Of a stretch of 64,000 bases of DNA, positions 9,858 through 18,356 are shown one piece after another. The DNA lies in IMG/VR virus record IMGVR_UViG_3300020048_000040, positions 1 to 64,000 of that record. One strand, given 5' to 3'. The stretch's first letter is position 1, and every line of letters starts with the position of its first letter. The position numbers and the translations under genes are program-made. The stretch is from a virus. The notes below the pieces were generated by a model. It saw only the letters and a list, made by a program, of their open reading frames with translations, searched no databases and was not told the origin of the DNA.

Positions 9858-10319
9858 TTAGAAAGCTTCATCATCTTTATTTGTTAAATCTTTAAAGTCA
9901 ATATCTTTAGTTATAAAAGCTTTATTATATCTTCTTATAAACTCAGCTTGTTCTGGAAATAAAGATTTGATTCTTTCATATTTCTTCAATTTATCATTTC
10001 CTACCAATAACCTTGTAAAACTATCGATATCATCTATAGCTTTTTCAGCATATTCTTTATTAATGAAATAATTGGTATTCCATCCTAATATATCGCTTCG
10101 TTTACCATAACTTTTCTGGTGTATTTGGCCAGGATAATCAAAATCCAATACTTTTACTGTAGGTTCTGGATCATTTTTAAAGTTATTATACTTGAAGGAT
10201 ATATTCTGAAGGCTTTCATATAGTTTCCTTCTCTTTCTACGTATAATTTTCCTTAAAACCCTTACAGGTATTTGAGGATTACCTATTGCGGCTGTTGTCA
10301 TTAATTCATTTAGTTTCAT
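9858..10319 (-). CDS. Distant T4 gp2-like (DNA end protector-like) protein
   Basis: F.YNNFKNDPEP...GWNTNY...IRRY parallels 31938..32552. MKLNE N-terminus. Confidence 0.45.
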   Translation of the reverse strand: MKLNELMTTAAIGNPQIPVRVLRKIIRRKRRKLYESLQNISFKYNNFKNDPEPTVKVLDFDYPGQIHQKSYGKRSDILGWNTNYFINKEYAEKAIDDIDSFTRLLVGNDKLKKYERIKSLFPEQAEFIRRYNKAFITKDIDFKDLTNKDDEAF

Positions 10320-10333
10320 AGTATTATCTTTGC

Positions 10334-10828
10334 TTAAAAGAATATGAGTTTACCCGAAAGCAACATTATTATAATAAACTGGACAGCATTAGCTATTAGG
10401 GAGAATATTGTATTTCTTTGCGAGTTCTTCAAGGTAGTTACTAAATCCTTCGTTTGATTTGCTAAAGTTTCCAATTGATTCTGTAATTCCTGATAGGAGG
10501 TTGAGAGAGCTTCGTAATTCGGCATTAATTTCTCTTGTTCTTTTTTCAAGTCCTGAAATGTTTGTTCCAAGGCTTCGTAATTCTTGACCAACGTTTGATA
10601 CCTGTTCTTCCATTCCTCCAATTCGTTCGCTGATAACTGCGATTGTTTTTCCAAATTCTCCAATTTGTTCTGCAATTCGTTTATTTGTTTCTCTAACACT
10701 ATTTTCTGTTGCTTGAATTCTATCGAGTAATTGTTTAGAGTTATCCATTCCTCTTGAGTTAAAGTATATATTGGTTGCGGTAAAAACAAGACCAATAACA
10801 ATAACGATAATAACAATTTTTTTATCAT
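10334..10828 (-). CDS. Coiled-coil protein with N-terminal signal/TM and C-terminal TM (spanin-like)
   Basis: MIKKLLLSLLLLVLFLP signal, long heptad region, hydrophobic C-terminus, no Cys. Confidence 0.6.
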   Translation of the reverse strand: MIKKLLLSLLLLVLFLPQPIYTLTQEEWITLNNYSIEFKQQKIVLEKQINELQNKLENLEKQSQLSANELEEWKNRYQTLVKNYEALEQTFQDLKKEQEKLMPNYEALSTSYQELQNQLETLANQTKDLVTTLKNSQRNTIFSLIANAVQFIIIMLLSGKLIFF

Positions 10829-10832
10829 TCAT
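10389..10832 (-). CDS. i-spanin-like membrane-anchored coiled-coil protein
   Basis: N-terminal TM (IVIIVIVIGLVF) then coiled coil. Overlaps the previous gene in another frame. Confidence 0.6.
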   Translation of the reverse strand: MNDKKIVIIVIVIGLVFTATNIYFNSRGMDNSKQLLDRIQATENSVRETNKRIAEQIGEFGKTIAVISERIGGMEEQVSNVGQELRSLGTNISGLEKRTREINAELRSSLNLLSGITESIGNFSKSNEGFSNYLEELAKKYNILPNS

Positions 10833-10857
10833 TTTTCTTCCTTTTCTATATATATGT

Positions 10858-10879
10858 AAAGTTAATTTATATTAACTTT
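10858..10879. promoter_or_regulatory. Back-to-back copies of a putative late promoter motif serving divergent genes
   Basis: AAAGTTAAT-TTAT-ATTAACTTT inverted repeat between the 10832 (-) and 10893 (+) starts. Confidence 0.6.
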
Positions 10880-10892
10880 TCAGGAGAAAAAA

Positions 10893-11468
10893 ATGTTCAA
10901 ACAAATAGTAAAAATGTACATAAAGGAAGAAAGTGAAAGGGTAGCTAAGGTTAAGGAAGTAATTACTCCTGCCCAAATATTTAATTTAAAAGGTAAATTA
11001 CGACACGATAATAATGCAGTCAGTTTTTTAAATAAATTAGATAGTATTTATAAAAAATATGCTGCTGGAACAGAAACGGAATCAAGAAATAAAGAGCTTA
11101 CAAACGCTCTTTCTTCTTTGGAAAATAGTAATCAGAAAACTTTTGATAAAATAACTGCTAATCTACATGGCGGTCTTAAAGTTACTTTAAAAAGTTATAA
11201 ACCTTTATCAGATGAAGAAAAAAAGAAAGTAGATAAAAAAGCCAGAAATAGAGAACCAGAAAAAGGTGCCTTAAAAGTAGACTTAAAAGATAGAGAAAAA
11301 GAAAAAAAAGCAGAAAGCAAGTTTAAAGAAATGGTAGGCAAAGAAATTCCTAACGATGGTGATGACGAGAATTTAACTTTTGATAAATACAAAGCAAAAG
11401 CCCCCACTAAAACAAGAGAAATTTTTCAAAAAATAGCTTTAGAAAGAGCAAGAAAAAATAAAGAATGA
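10893..11468 (+). CDS. Lys/Glu-rich protein, putative internal head protein
   Basis: MFKQIVKMYIKEE N-terminus resembles that of the 11768 gene. AGGAG RBS. Confidence 0.5.
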   Translation: MFKQIVKMYIKEESERVAKVKEVITPAQIFNLKGKLRHDNNAVSFLNKLDSIYKKYAAGTETESRNKELTNALSSLENSNQKTFDKITANLHGGLKVTLKSYKPLSDEEKKKVDKKARNREPEKGALKVDLKDREKEKKAESKFKEMVGKEIPNDGDDENLTFDKYKAKAPTKTREIFQKIALERARKNKE

Positions 11469-11469
11469 A

Positions 11470-11502
11470 TAAAAGGAAGGGTCTTCACCCTTCCTTATTT
11501 AT
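11470..11502. terminator. Intrinsic terminator between convergent genes
   Basis: AAGGAAGGGT-CTTC-ACCCTTCCTT 10-bp stem. Confidence 0.75.
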
Positions 11503-11715
11503 TTTAGGACCGTGATAACTTGTAGTTTGTTTTATCGGTGTTTCACCATTATTTACTTTACTCCATCCATATCCCTTGAAATGAGTTGCTGCTCCACCAA
11601 AAACTGGTCTATACATCTTTTCGCCACATTCACAAATGACTTCTGGATCTTCTCTCATAGGGTGGTCCATTTCTTTTTCTTTATTACATTTCTTACATAC
11701 ATATGTGTATAACAT
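11485..11715 (-). CDS. FmdB-family zinc-ribbon protein
   Basis: MLYTYVCKKC...HPM...CECG..M.R......FKGYGW. Likely start is ATG 11715 with AAGGAG RBS, not 11961. Confidence 0.85.
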   Translation of the reverse strand: MLYTYVCKKCNKEKEMDHPMREDPEVICECGEKMYRPVFGGAATHFKGYGWSKVNNGETPIKQTTSYHGPKINKEG

Positions 11716-11767
11716 AAAATTCTCCTTAGTAAAGTTAATATTATATAAGGAAAGAGGGAGCAAACTG

Positions 11768-12910
11768 ATGAATTTCAAACAAAATGTAAAATTATATTTA
11801 AATGAAACAAAAGAAAAAGTAGAAATAACAGATATTAATGGAAATGTTTTAACAAGAGGAGCTGGACAATCAGAAACCAATAGAGCTGAAAATGTTATAG
11901 GTAAATTAAAAAAAAGTATTAGAGGTAATACAGATAAGAATGCAGAAGAAAAAGAAGGCATTGAAAATAATTTTAGATCTATACCTACTAACCCAGCATC
12001 TATAGTAAATACTTGGTCTGAAGACGTAAAGTTAAAACATTTTACTACTCATCCAAAAACAATATTTTCTGAAACTTCTCAAGTTTTTGAGACCATTCTT
12101 TCTCGACTTACTAGAAATAGCGAGAAAAAAGAAGTAACAGATTTATTCAACAAAGCAAAAGACAATAAAGATGAAAATGCTTTAAAAACTTTGATAATAA
12201 TAGCTAAAAAAATTGTTGAAGCTGATAAAAAAGATACTCTTATATTACAAAAACAATTTGGTGGTACTAAAGAAGAACAAGAAGAAGCAAATAATTTAGC
12301 AAGTAAAATAGCAAAACAAGGTGAAGAAAATTTTGAAACCATGATAAATGGAGTAATAGCAAGAAGTAAAATAAATGATAAAATAGACAATCCAGATGCC
12401 CGTAGCGTTAGAGAGATTTTGAAAGATAAGGAATTGAATGCAGATATTTCTCTTGGAGATATTATACATAAAGTTAACGGAAAATATGTAGTAAAAAATG
12501 AAAAAATTGTTGAAGCGTTATTAAAAGAACTTAGCAAATCACGTGGCCACACAATATCACGTAAAGAATTTAACGCTGACTTAGAGGAATATAACAAAGT
12601 AGCCGATAAAAATTGGGTAAAACAGAAAAAAGTTATGTCTGCTGATGGAGAAGAAAATACTGTAGAATTAAGAGCAGAGGATTTAGCCAAGGATATGGAA
12701 GGAAAGTATATAGAAAAATATAAAGATATTCAATCCAAACGAGGTAGAAAAATAGGTAAAGATTTGGAAGTTTTTAAAAAAGCTTTAAACAAAGGGAATC
12801 AAAGTAGCATAGCAGCTAAATTAGAAGCAATTGGCAAAAGAGCTGAAGATAAAGATGAAAATGATATTAAACGCACTAAATTACGAAAAGCTTTAAAGGG
12901 TGAACTATGA
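11768..12910 (+). CDS. Highly charged helical protein, putative internal head protein
   Basis: Likely start is ATG 11768 (GGGAG RBS, late motif at 11731). N-terminus MNFKQNVKLYLNE. Confidence 0.55.
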   Translation: MNFKQNVKLYLNETKEKVEITDINGNVLTRGAGQSETNRAENVIGKLKKSIRGNTDKNAEEKEGIENNFRSIPTNPASIVNTWSEDVKLKHFTTHPKTIFSETSQVFETILSRLTRNSEKKEVTDLFNKAKDNKDENALKTLIIIAKKIVEADKKDTLILQKQFGGTKEEQEEANNLASKIAKQGEENFETMINGVIARSKINDKIDNPDARSVREILKDKELNADISLGDIIHKVNGKYVVKNEKIVEALLKELSKSRGHTISRKEFNADLEEYNKVADKNWVKQKKVMSADGEENTVELRAEDLAKDMEGKYIEKYKDIQSKRGRKIGKDLEVFKKALNKGNQSSIAAKLEAIGKRAEDKDENDIKRTKLRKALKGEL

Positions 12911-13401
12911 ACATAAAAAATGAAATACTAATCGACGCACACAAACTCTCCTATAAAGAAGGCCAATTACTAGAAAACCCTGTTTTCCTATCATTTAAAA
13001 ATGATATGAAGTCATATAATAAAAGCGATCTAGTAGAGGTTTATCAAGCTGTTCTTGGGGAAGAATTCAATGTTATAAAACCACTCATAGATAAAATCTA
13101 TTTGAAAGAAAATATTGATTTTAATGCTGAACAAATGCTAAAAACAAAGAAACCGGGATTTCTTAAAGGAATATTGGCTGGCTTAGGTGGAATATTCAAA
13201 GGCTTTAATCTAGGTAGTTTAATGAGTTATGGCTATCCTATTATGATGCTGGTTAATATGGCATCTGGTCTATTCAAAAAGAAACAAGCTGCTAGTCCAG
13301 AACTTTCTAAAGAAGAAATCGAGGCGCAAGTTAGAAAGGAAATGGAAGAGAAACTAAAGAGAGAACAGGCGGCAAAAGGAGCACAGCAAACTGCTTCATA
13401 A
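12907..13401 (+). CDS. Putative internal head/ejection protein (paralog family A)
   Basis: FKNDMKSY...VYQAVLGEE matches 19125 and 20695 genes. Amphipathic/hydrophobic C-terminal helices. Confidence 0.5.
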   Translation: MNIKNEILIDAHKLSYKEGQLLENPVFLSFKNDMKSYNKSDLVEVYQAVLGEEFNVIKPLIDKIYLKENIDFNAEQMLKTKKPGFLKGILAGLGGIFKGFNLGSLMSYGYPIMMLVNMASGLFKKKQAASPELSKEEIEAQVRKEMEEKLKREQAAKGAQQTAS

Positions 13402-14338
13402 AGAGTTATTAACTAATTGGTTATATTCAGGTTCTTTAGGCACTGTCTTTAGGGAATTTGATGATAACTTCGTTCGTTTTAATAATTATTTTATTTCCAA
13501 TCTAATCAAATATGAAGAGGAATTCGTTTATTCTGTTCTTATGTCTCCTGAAGGCGATAAAGAAAAACGTATATTTCTTCTTGCCAAATTTTCAACAATA
13601 GAGAATAAGAAAAGGTTCAAAGAAGCTTTTAAAAAAAACATAATAGATATAACTGATCTATATTGTTTTCTTTTTTATGTAAAGAAGATAAGAGGATTTG
13701 GTAGAACTATAAGAGATGTAGTTAAAGATTGGTTTCATTATACATTAACAAATAAAATAGAGGAATATGTTTCCAATAATAGTAATGGATACAAATGGAG
13801 TTTCAAGGATATACTGAAGGAATTTCATATAAAACCAAAGAATAAAAAAGAGGAAGAACTTTTTAATAAATATATGTATGAAGTATTTTTGGAAAGAGAG
13901 GAAACTTTATTTGAGTTATTAGAATATTATGAGAACCTAAAAGGAATTTACTTTCCTAACTCAAGAATTTTATTACATTATGAAAATTTAATCACTAAAA
14001 AGGTTAGAATATTGAAAACAAATAAGAAGATTTTAAATATAGTAAACTTTGATTTGGTTGGTAATGTGCAGAATAGTAAAATAAAGGCTTCTGAGTTTGT
14101 AAAACATATGGTTGCTGGTTTTGATAGATACTGTCCAAAGAAAGATGATTATGATGTTATTATTTTATGGAGTGATAAAAGAAACATGCATATCAATACA
14201 GACAAGAAAGTGATAAAAATAAACTTGAATGTTTCTAAGATGACAAATAAAAAAGAAGAAGATAATACATATAAGATACTAGGTTTTAATAATAAAACAT
14301 TGGAATTATTGGCAAATATATTGGGAGATAAAATATGA
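13391..14338 (+). CDS. Miniaturised Ro60/TROVE-like RNA-binding protein with degenerate vWA domain
   Basis: RGFGRTIRDVVKDWF and GYKWSFKDILKEFHIKP resemble Ro60 GRALRKA..DWY and GWSHKDLLRLSHLKP. YDVIILWSD and ILGFNNKTLELLANI resemble the vWA end. Frame is open back to CTG 13391 with AGGAG RBS. Confidence 0.75.
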   Translation: MLHKELLTNWLYSGSLGTVFREFDDNFVRFNNYFISNLIKYEEEFVYSVLMSPEGDKEKRIFLLAKFSTIENKKRFKEAFKKNIIDITDLYCFLFYVKKIRGFGRTIRDVVKDWFHYTLTNKIEEYVSNNSNGYKWSFKDILKEFHIKPKNKKEEELFNKYMYEVFLEREETLFELLEYYENLKGIYFPNSRILLHYENLITKKVRILKTNKKILNIVNFDLVGNVQNSKIKASEFVKHMVAGFDRYCPKKDDYDVIILWSDKRNMHINTDKKVIKINLNVSKMTNKKEEDNTYKILGFNNKTLELLANILGDKI

Positions 14339-14967
14339 AAATAATACAGGATCTATTGACTATAAATGAATTTTCCAGACCAAATAAAAAAATAAAGGAA
14401 GTTCGCTATATCGTATTACATTGGGTTGCTAATCCAAAATCTACTGTTGTAAACAATAGGGATTGGTTTGAAAAAAGGAAAGACGGTAAAGCTGGATATG
14501 GATCTGCTCATTATATCATTGATGGAGATATGGTATTACAATGTATACCTGATGAGGAACTTGCTTATCATGTGGGTTCTTCAAATGGATATAGTGATGC
14601 AACAAAAAAAGAATTTGGAGATGAAAGTCCAAATTATTATATGATAGGTATAGAACTTTGTCATCCTGATTGGACTGGAGAGTTTACAAAGGAAACTTTG
14701 GAAAGCGCAAAGAAATTATGTTATCTATTAATGATGGAATATGGTTTATCAGTAGAAAAGATTACTACACATTTCAATGTAGTTGGTTGGAAAAACTGTC
14801 CTAAATACTTTGTAGATAAACCAGAAGAATTCAAGAAGTTTAAAGAAAGTATAATGGAAATACCTTTCTTACAAAAAGACGATGATATATTGGTTGGTGT
14901 AAAAAATGGTAAATACAAAATATTGAAAGATGGTAAAACATTTTATAAGGAGCTTGATGATGTTTAA
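14335..14967 (+). CDS. N-acetylmuramoyl-L-alanine amidase (Amidase_2), endolysin
   Basis: IVLHW, SAHYII, E.AYHVG, IGIELC, H...WKNCP zinc-binding motifs. Confidence 0.92.
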   Translation: MKIIQDLLTINEFSRPNKKIKEVRYIVLHWVANPKSTVVNNRDWFEKRKDGKAGYGSAHYIIDGDMVLQCIPDEELAYHVGSSNGYSDATKKEFGDESPNYYMIGIELCHPDWTGEFTKETLESAKKLCYLLMMEYGLSVEKITTHFNVVGWKNCPKYFVDKPEEFKKFKESIMEIPFLQKDDDILVGVKNGKYKILKDGKTFYKELDDV

Positions 14968-15361
14968 AAAAATACTGACATTTATATGGATGCTTCCTCA
15001 GAATATTCTGGGAATACTCATATTGTTTCTTTTAAAAGGTGGAAAAGTAGATAGTTATAAAGATTGTGATATATATCGAGTGAATGTATCTGGTTTTTCT
15101 GGTGGTAGCTTTGGGAGATTTATAATTCTTGAGGATGCTTATTTTAAAAGAGAATATATGTTTGTTTTAGAATTAACAAAAAGACACGAATTTGGTCATT
15201 ACCTACAAGGTAAAATACTTGGTCCTTTATATTTAATCATAATTGGAATACCTTCAATGATAAACAATCTAAGAGCAAGAATAGATATAAAAGTAAGGGA
15301 TACCTATTATACTAGGTATCCAGAAAATTGGGCTGATAAACTTGGAGAAGTGAAGAGATAA
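14957..15361 (+). CDS. Membrane protein with HExGH zincin-like motif
   Basis: W.LPQNILG, HEFGHYLQ..ILGPLYL..IGIPS, YPENWADKLG. Start at ATG 14957/14960 after AAGGAG. Confidence 0.7.
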   Translation: MMFKKILTFIWMLPQNILGILILFLLKGGKVDSYKDCDIYRVNVSGFSGGSFGRFIILEDAYFKREYMFVLELTKRHEFGHYLQGKILGPLYLIIIGIPSMINNLRARIDIKVRDTYYTRYPENWADKLGEVKR

Positions 15362-15369
15362 AAATATTT

Positions 15370-15609
15370 TTATCTAACGCCAAATAACTCACTAACAAAT
15401 AGTTCCTGTATTCTTTTTTTAAGAGATGGTGGACTAAAAAAAGAAGTTAAATCATTCATAATTTCTTTATTAATAATAAATTTTTTTTGTTTATTACTTA
15501 TTTTATCAATAGCTATAATAGTATCATTTTCCAATTTAACTGCTTCATATTCAAAAAATTCATTTATATTAAAAACTATTTTTAATAATTCCTCATTAGC
15601 TGAAACCAT
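15370..15609 (-). CDS. Hypothetical protein
   Basis: 79-aa ORF with AAGGA RBS. Confidence 0.6.
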   Translation of the reverse strand: MVSANEELLKIVFNINEFFEYEAVKLENDTIIAIDKISNKQKKFIINKEIMNDLTSFFSPPSLKKRIQELFVSELFGVR

Positions 15610-15621
15610 ATTTTTATCCTT

Positions 15622-15645
15622 TAAAGAGGACCGAAGCCCTCTTTA
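15622..15645 (-). terminator. UUCG-tetraloop hairpin after nrdJ
   Basis: AAAGAGGGC-TTCG-GTCCTCTTT on the minus strand, immediately after the stop. Confidence 0.75.
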
Positions 15646-18264
15646 TTATGAGCATTTTGAAAAACCACAAACACAAGAGATACAACCATCAATATATTTT
15701 AAATCAGCATTTCCACATTCAGGACATTTATGGGAAGTTTTTACTGCTTCTCCATCCTTTAAATATTTCTTCAAAACCCTTGCCACAACCTTACCGAATG
15801 AAACGAAAGAAGTGCTCTTTGTCAGTTGTTCTATAATAAATTCCAAAGGAACTCCGTGTCTTAAAGACATAGAAATCAATCTTGATAATGAGGCATATTC
15901 ATCTCCACAAGTTTTAGAAATATCTTCTATAGCTACTTTCTCTTCACCATTGGAAATTATCAAATCATAAAGACCTTTACCTCTTTTCCTGATTATTCCT
16001 TCCCTGTGTTTTTCAATGTCTATGACTTTCTGTAAATCATTAACAACAAACATTTCATAAATAGTATCTTCATATTTACCAACAGAAATTATATACTTGC
16101 TTCCATTGATAGATATCTCATGAATATCACAAACTAAATCATTTGGTCTCTTTGGCGCATTATGTCTATCAACCGGTCTATCCTTTTCTGATTTACTTAT
16201 TTCGAGAACGCCTTTCATACTCCCATTTGGATTATAAGAGGTAAACCCTTTTAGTCCTTTATCATAGGCATACATAAACAGATTTTTATATTGCTCTATT
16301 GTATAACCACTTGGAAGATTAGCTGTCTTCGAAATACTATGGTCAATATATTTCTGGAAAATTGCCTGAACATCAACAGATTTATATGGATCAATATCAA
16401 ATGTAGTTTTAAAGTAAGAAGGAAGAATTATTGTTTCCTCACTTGGAAACATTTTTTTATAAAGCAAAGTCCCATAATCATAAACTTTTTCTTTTGTAGT
16501 TTCATCACCTCTGCCAGTTCTAATATTTCTATCATATTCATAAGAGAATACTGGTTCTATTCCTGAGCTGCAATTGTTTCCAACTGTTAAAGATATAGTT
16601 CCTGTTGGAGCTATTGTATTCATAGCTATATTTCTAAGTCCATGTTTTTTAATCTCAGAACGAATATACTCGGGTAATTGTTTAATAAAATTAGCATCCA
16701 ATATTTTTTGTTTATTAAACTTCCTGAAACTTCCTTTTTCCTTTGCCAATTGAGTTGAACAGAAATAAGAACTATCTCTTAATGTTTGTGCTATTATTTC
16801 ACACTCTTCATTTCCATCTTCTTCTCCATATGTATAACCAAGCATAGTTAAAGCTGTAGCTAATCCAGTAAAGCCAAGGCCTATTCTTCTCCAGTCATAT
16901 GACATAGCTTTTATTTTTTCTAGTGGATATTCTGTAGCATCCAATACGTCATCTAAAAATCTAATTCCTAAATGTATATAACTATCAAATTCATCATAAT
17001 CAAAATAAGCATTTACGGTAAAAGCATTTTTCACAAACCTAGGAAGAAACAAAGCTCCAAGATCACACATACTATATGGGGCCATAACAATTTCACCGCA
17101 CCCTCTATTTATTATTTCATTTGCAATCCAACTATCAGTTGACTCCTCAAAAAAATCATATACTGTATGTAATCCATTCACATTTTCAATATTAATAATA
17201 TCAACTAAACCAGAAATACTATCTATTTTATCGCCTATTGTCAAAGTTGCTGCTTTCTTTTCTTTTCCATTACTATAAAATATATGAGAATCTGTTGCTT
17301 TTAAAGATTTGCCATTGCTAAAATGATACTCTTTTACTTTCATATTAAAATTTACTTCTTTTGTTTTAATTATTGAAGTGGTATTCTTTTTTGTTATAAT
17401 CTCATCGCCTTCATTTAATGTATCAGCCCTAACATAACCATTAGGAGTTAAAACTAGCGCATCACCAGTTAAGCAAGGATTACAAACATTAATTTCAAAA
17501 GCATAGTAGCCATTATTATATTTCTGTGCTTCATCAATATTTAGAATTCCAGGTTCGTTGTGAGTGAAAGCATTTTTTGTCATCAAGTCATAAAGATAAG
17601 TAGCTTTTAATGTTTTATAAATCTTTCCATTAAATACCAAATCCCATTCTTTGTCATTTTTAACTGCTTCCATAAATTTATTGGTAATGCCAACAGAAAT
17701 ATTAAATTGGGTTAATTGTTTATTCTCATCACCATTCTTTATGGTTATAAATTTTTCAATATCAGGATGATCTACATTTAATATACAGATATGGGCGGAT
17801 CTTCTTGATCCTCCTGTATGAATAACCTTTGCTGATTCATTAAATACTTTTAAAAACGAAAGTGGTCCAGAACTATCCCCACCGTGAGAGATAACAGAAC
17901 CTTCTGGCCTTAGTTTGGATATATTGAATCCAACTCCACCGCCTCCAGCAGAAATCAAGGCATCTTCTTTTATGGAATTGAAAATACCTTCCATACTGTC
18001 TTCTATATCAATGGTGAAACAATTATTATATTGTTTCAGCTTAGTATTTGGTCTAGCGTTGGCTAGTATTCTTCCGCCAGGAATAAAATAACCATTCTTC
18101 ATCATATTATAAAATAAATTTTCGTATTTCTCTCTATTCTTTTTCTTTTCAGCAGAAGCTATCTCTTTAGCTACTCCACTAAAAACTTCATCCGCATTCT
18201 TTTCTCCATTAAGCATGTACTTCTTTATAAAAATCTCTTCGCTTATTTTTTGTTCAAATTTCAT
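15646..18264 (-). CDS. nrdJ: Class II (adenosylcobalamin-dependent) ribonucleotide reductase, intein-containing
   Basis: PGGRILANA, NCF, GGGVG, NP[intein]CGE, RRIGLGFTGLA, TIAPTGTIS, SSGIEP, C-terminal TSCPD-like region and Zn ribbon. No ATP cone, no NrdB nearby. Confidence 0.93.
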   Translation of the reverse strand: MKFEQKISEEIFIKKYMLNGEKNADEVFSGVAKEIASAEKKKNREKYENLFYNMMKNGYFIPGGRILANARPNTKLKQYNNCFTIDIEDSMEGIFNSIKEDALISAGGGGVGFNISKLRPEGSVISHGGDSSGPLSFLKVFNESAKVIHTGGSRRSAHICILNVDHPDIEKFITIKNGDENKQLTQFNISVGITNKFMEAVKNDKEWDLVFNGKIYKTLKATYLYDLMTKNAFTHNEPGILNIDEAQKYNNGYYAFEINVCNPCLTGDALVLTPNGYVRADTLNEGDEIITKKNTTSIIKTKEVNFNMKVKEYHFSNGKSLKATDSHIFYSNGKEKKAATLTIGDKIDSISGLVDIINIENVNGLHTVYDFFEESTDSWIANEIINRGCGEIVMAPYSMCDLGALFLPRFVKNAFTVNAYFDYDEFDSYIHLGIRFLDDVLDATEYPLEKIKAMSYDWRRIGLGFTGLATALTMLGYTYGEEDGNEECEIIAQTLRDSSYFCSTQLAKEKGSFRKFNKQKILDANFIKQLPEYIRSEIKKHGLRNIAMNTIAPTGTISLTVGNNCSSGIEPVFSYEYDRNIRTGRGDETTKEKVYDYGTLLYKKMFPSEETIILPSYFKTTFDIDPYKSVDVQAIFQKYIDHSISKTANLPSGYTIEQYKNLFMYAYDKGLKGFTSYNPNGSMKGVLEISKSEKDRPVDRHNAPKRPNDLVCDIHEISINGSKYIISVGKYEDTIYEMFVVNDLQKVIDIEKHREGIIRKRGKGLYDLIISNGEEKVAIEDISKTCGDEYASLSRLISMSLRHGVPLEFIIEQLTKSTSFVSFGKVVARVLKKYLKDGEAVKTSHKCPECGNADLKYIDGCISCVCGFSKCS
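17101..17475 (-). mobile_element. 125-aa mini-intein (Hint domain) in NrdJ with atypical C-terminus (NRG/C)
   Basis: Block A CLTGDALVLTPNG, block B ATDSHIF, block F TVYDF. Interrupts NP|CGE. No endonuclease domain. Confidence 0.88.
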
Positions 18265-18305
18265 TCTTTCTCCTATTTTATACGCTATATATATGTCTTT
18301 AATTT

Positions 18306-18334
18306 ATTATAACACTAAATATAGCTTCTGTCAA
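18306..18334 (-). promoter_or_regulatory. Consensus sigma70 promoter (extended -10) for nrdJ
   Basis: TTGACA-17 nt-TATAAT, with TG one base before the -10. Confidence 0.9.
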
Positions 18335-18356
18335 GTAAATGTCTTATAATAATTAT

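Noticed and set aside
11636-11961. Extended overlapping starts for the FmdB gene (11961) and the 424-aa ORF (11636)
   Set aside because: RBS-supported starts at 11715 (-) and 11768 (+) remove the overlap and match the expected N-termini.
13402-13540. Intergenic Y RNA upstream of the Ro60-like gene
   Set aside because: The interval is open in the Ro60 frame, encodes Ro60-like N-terminal motifs, and lacks the conserved Y RNA stem. No tRNA or Y RNA was recognised by eye in the window.
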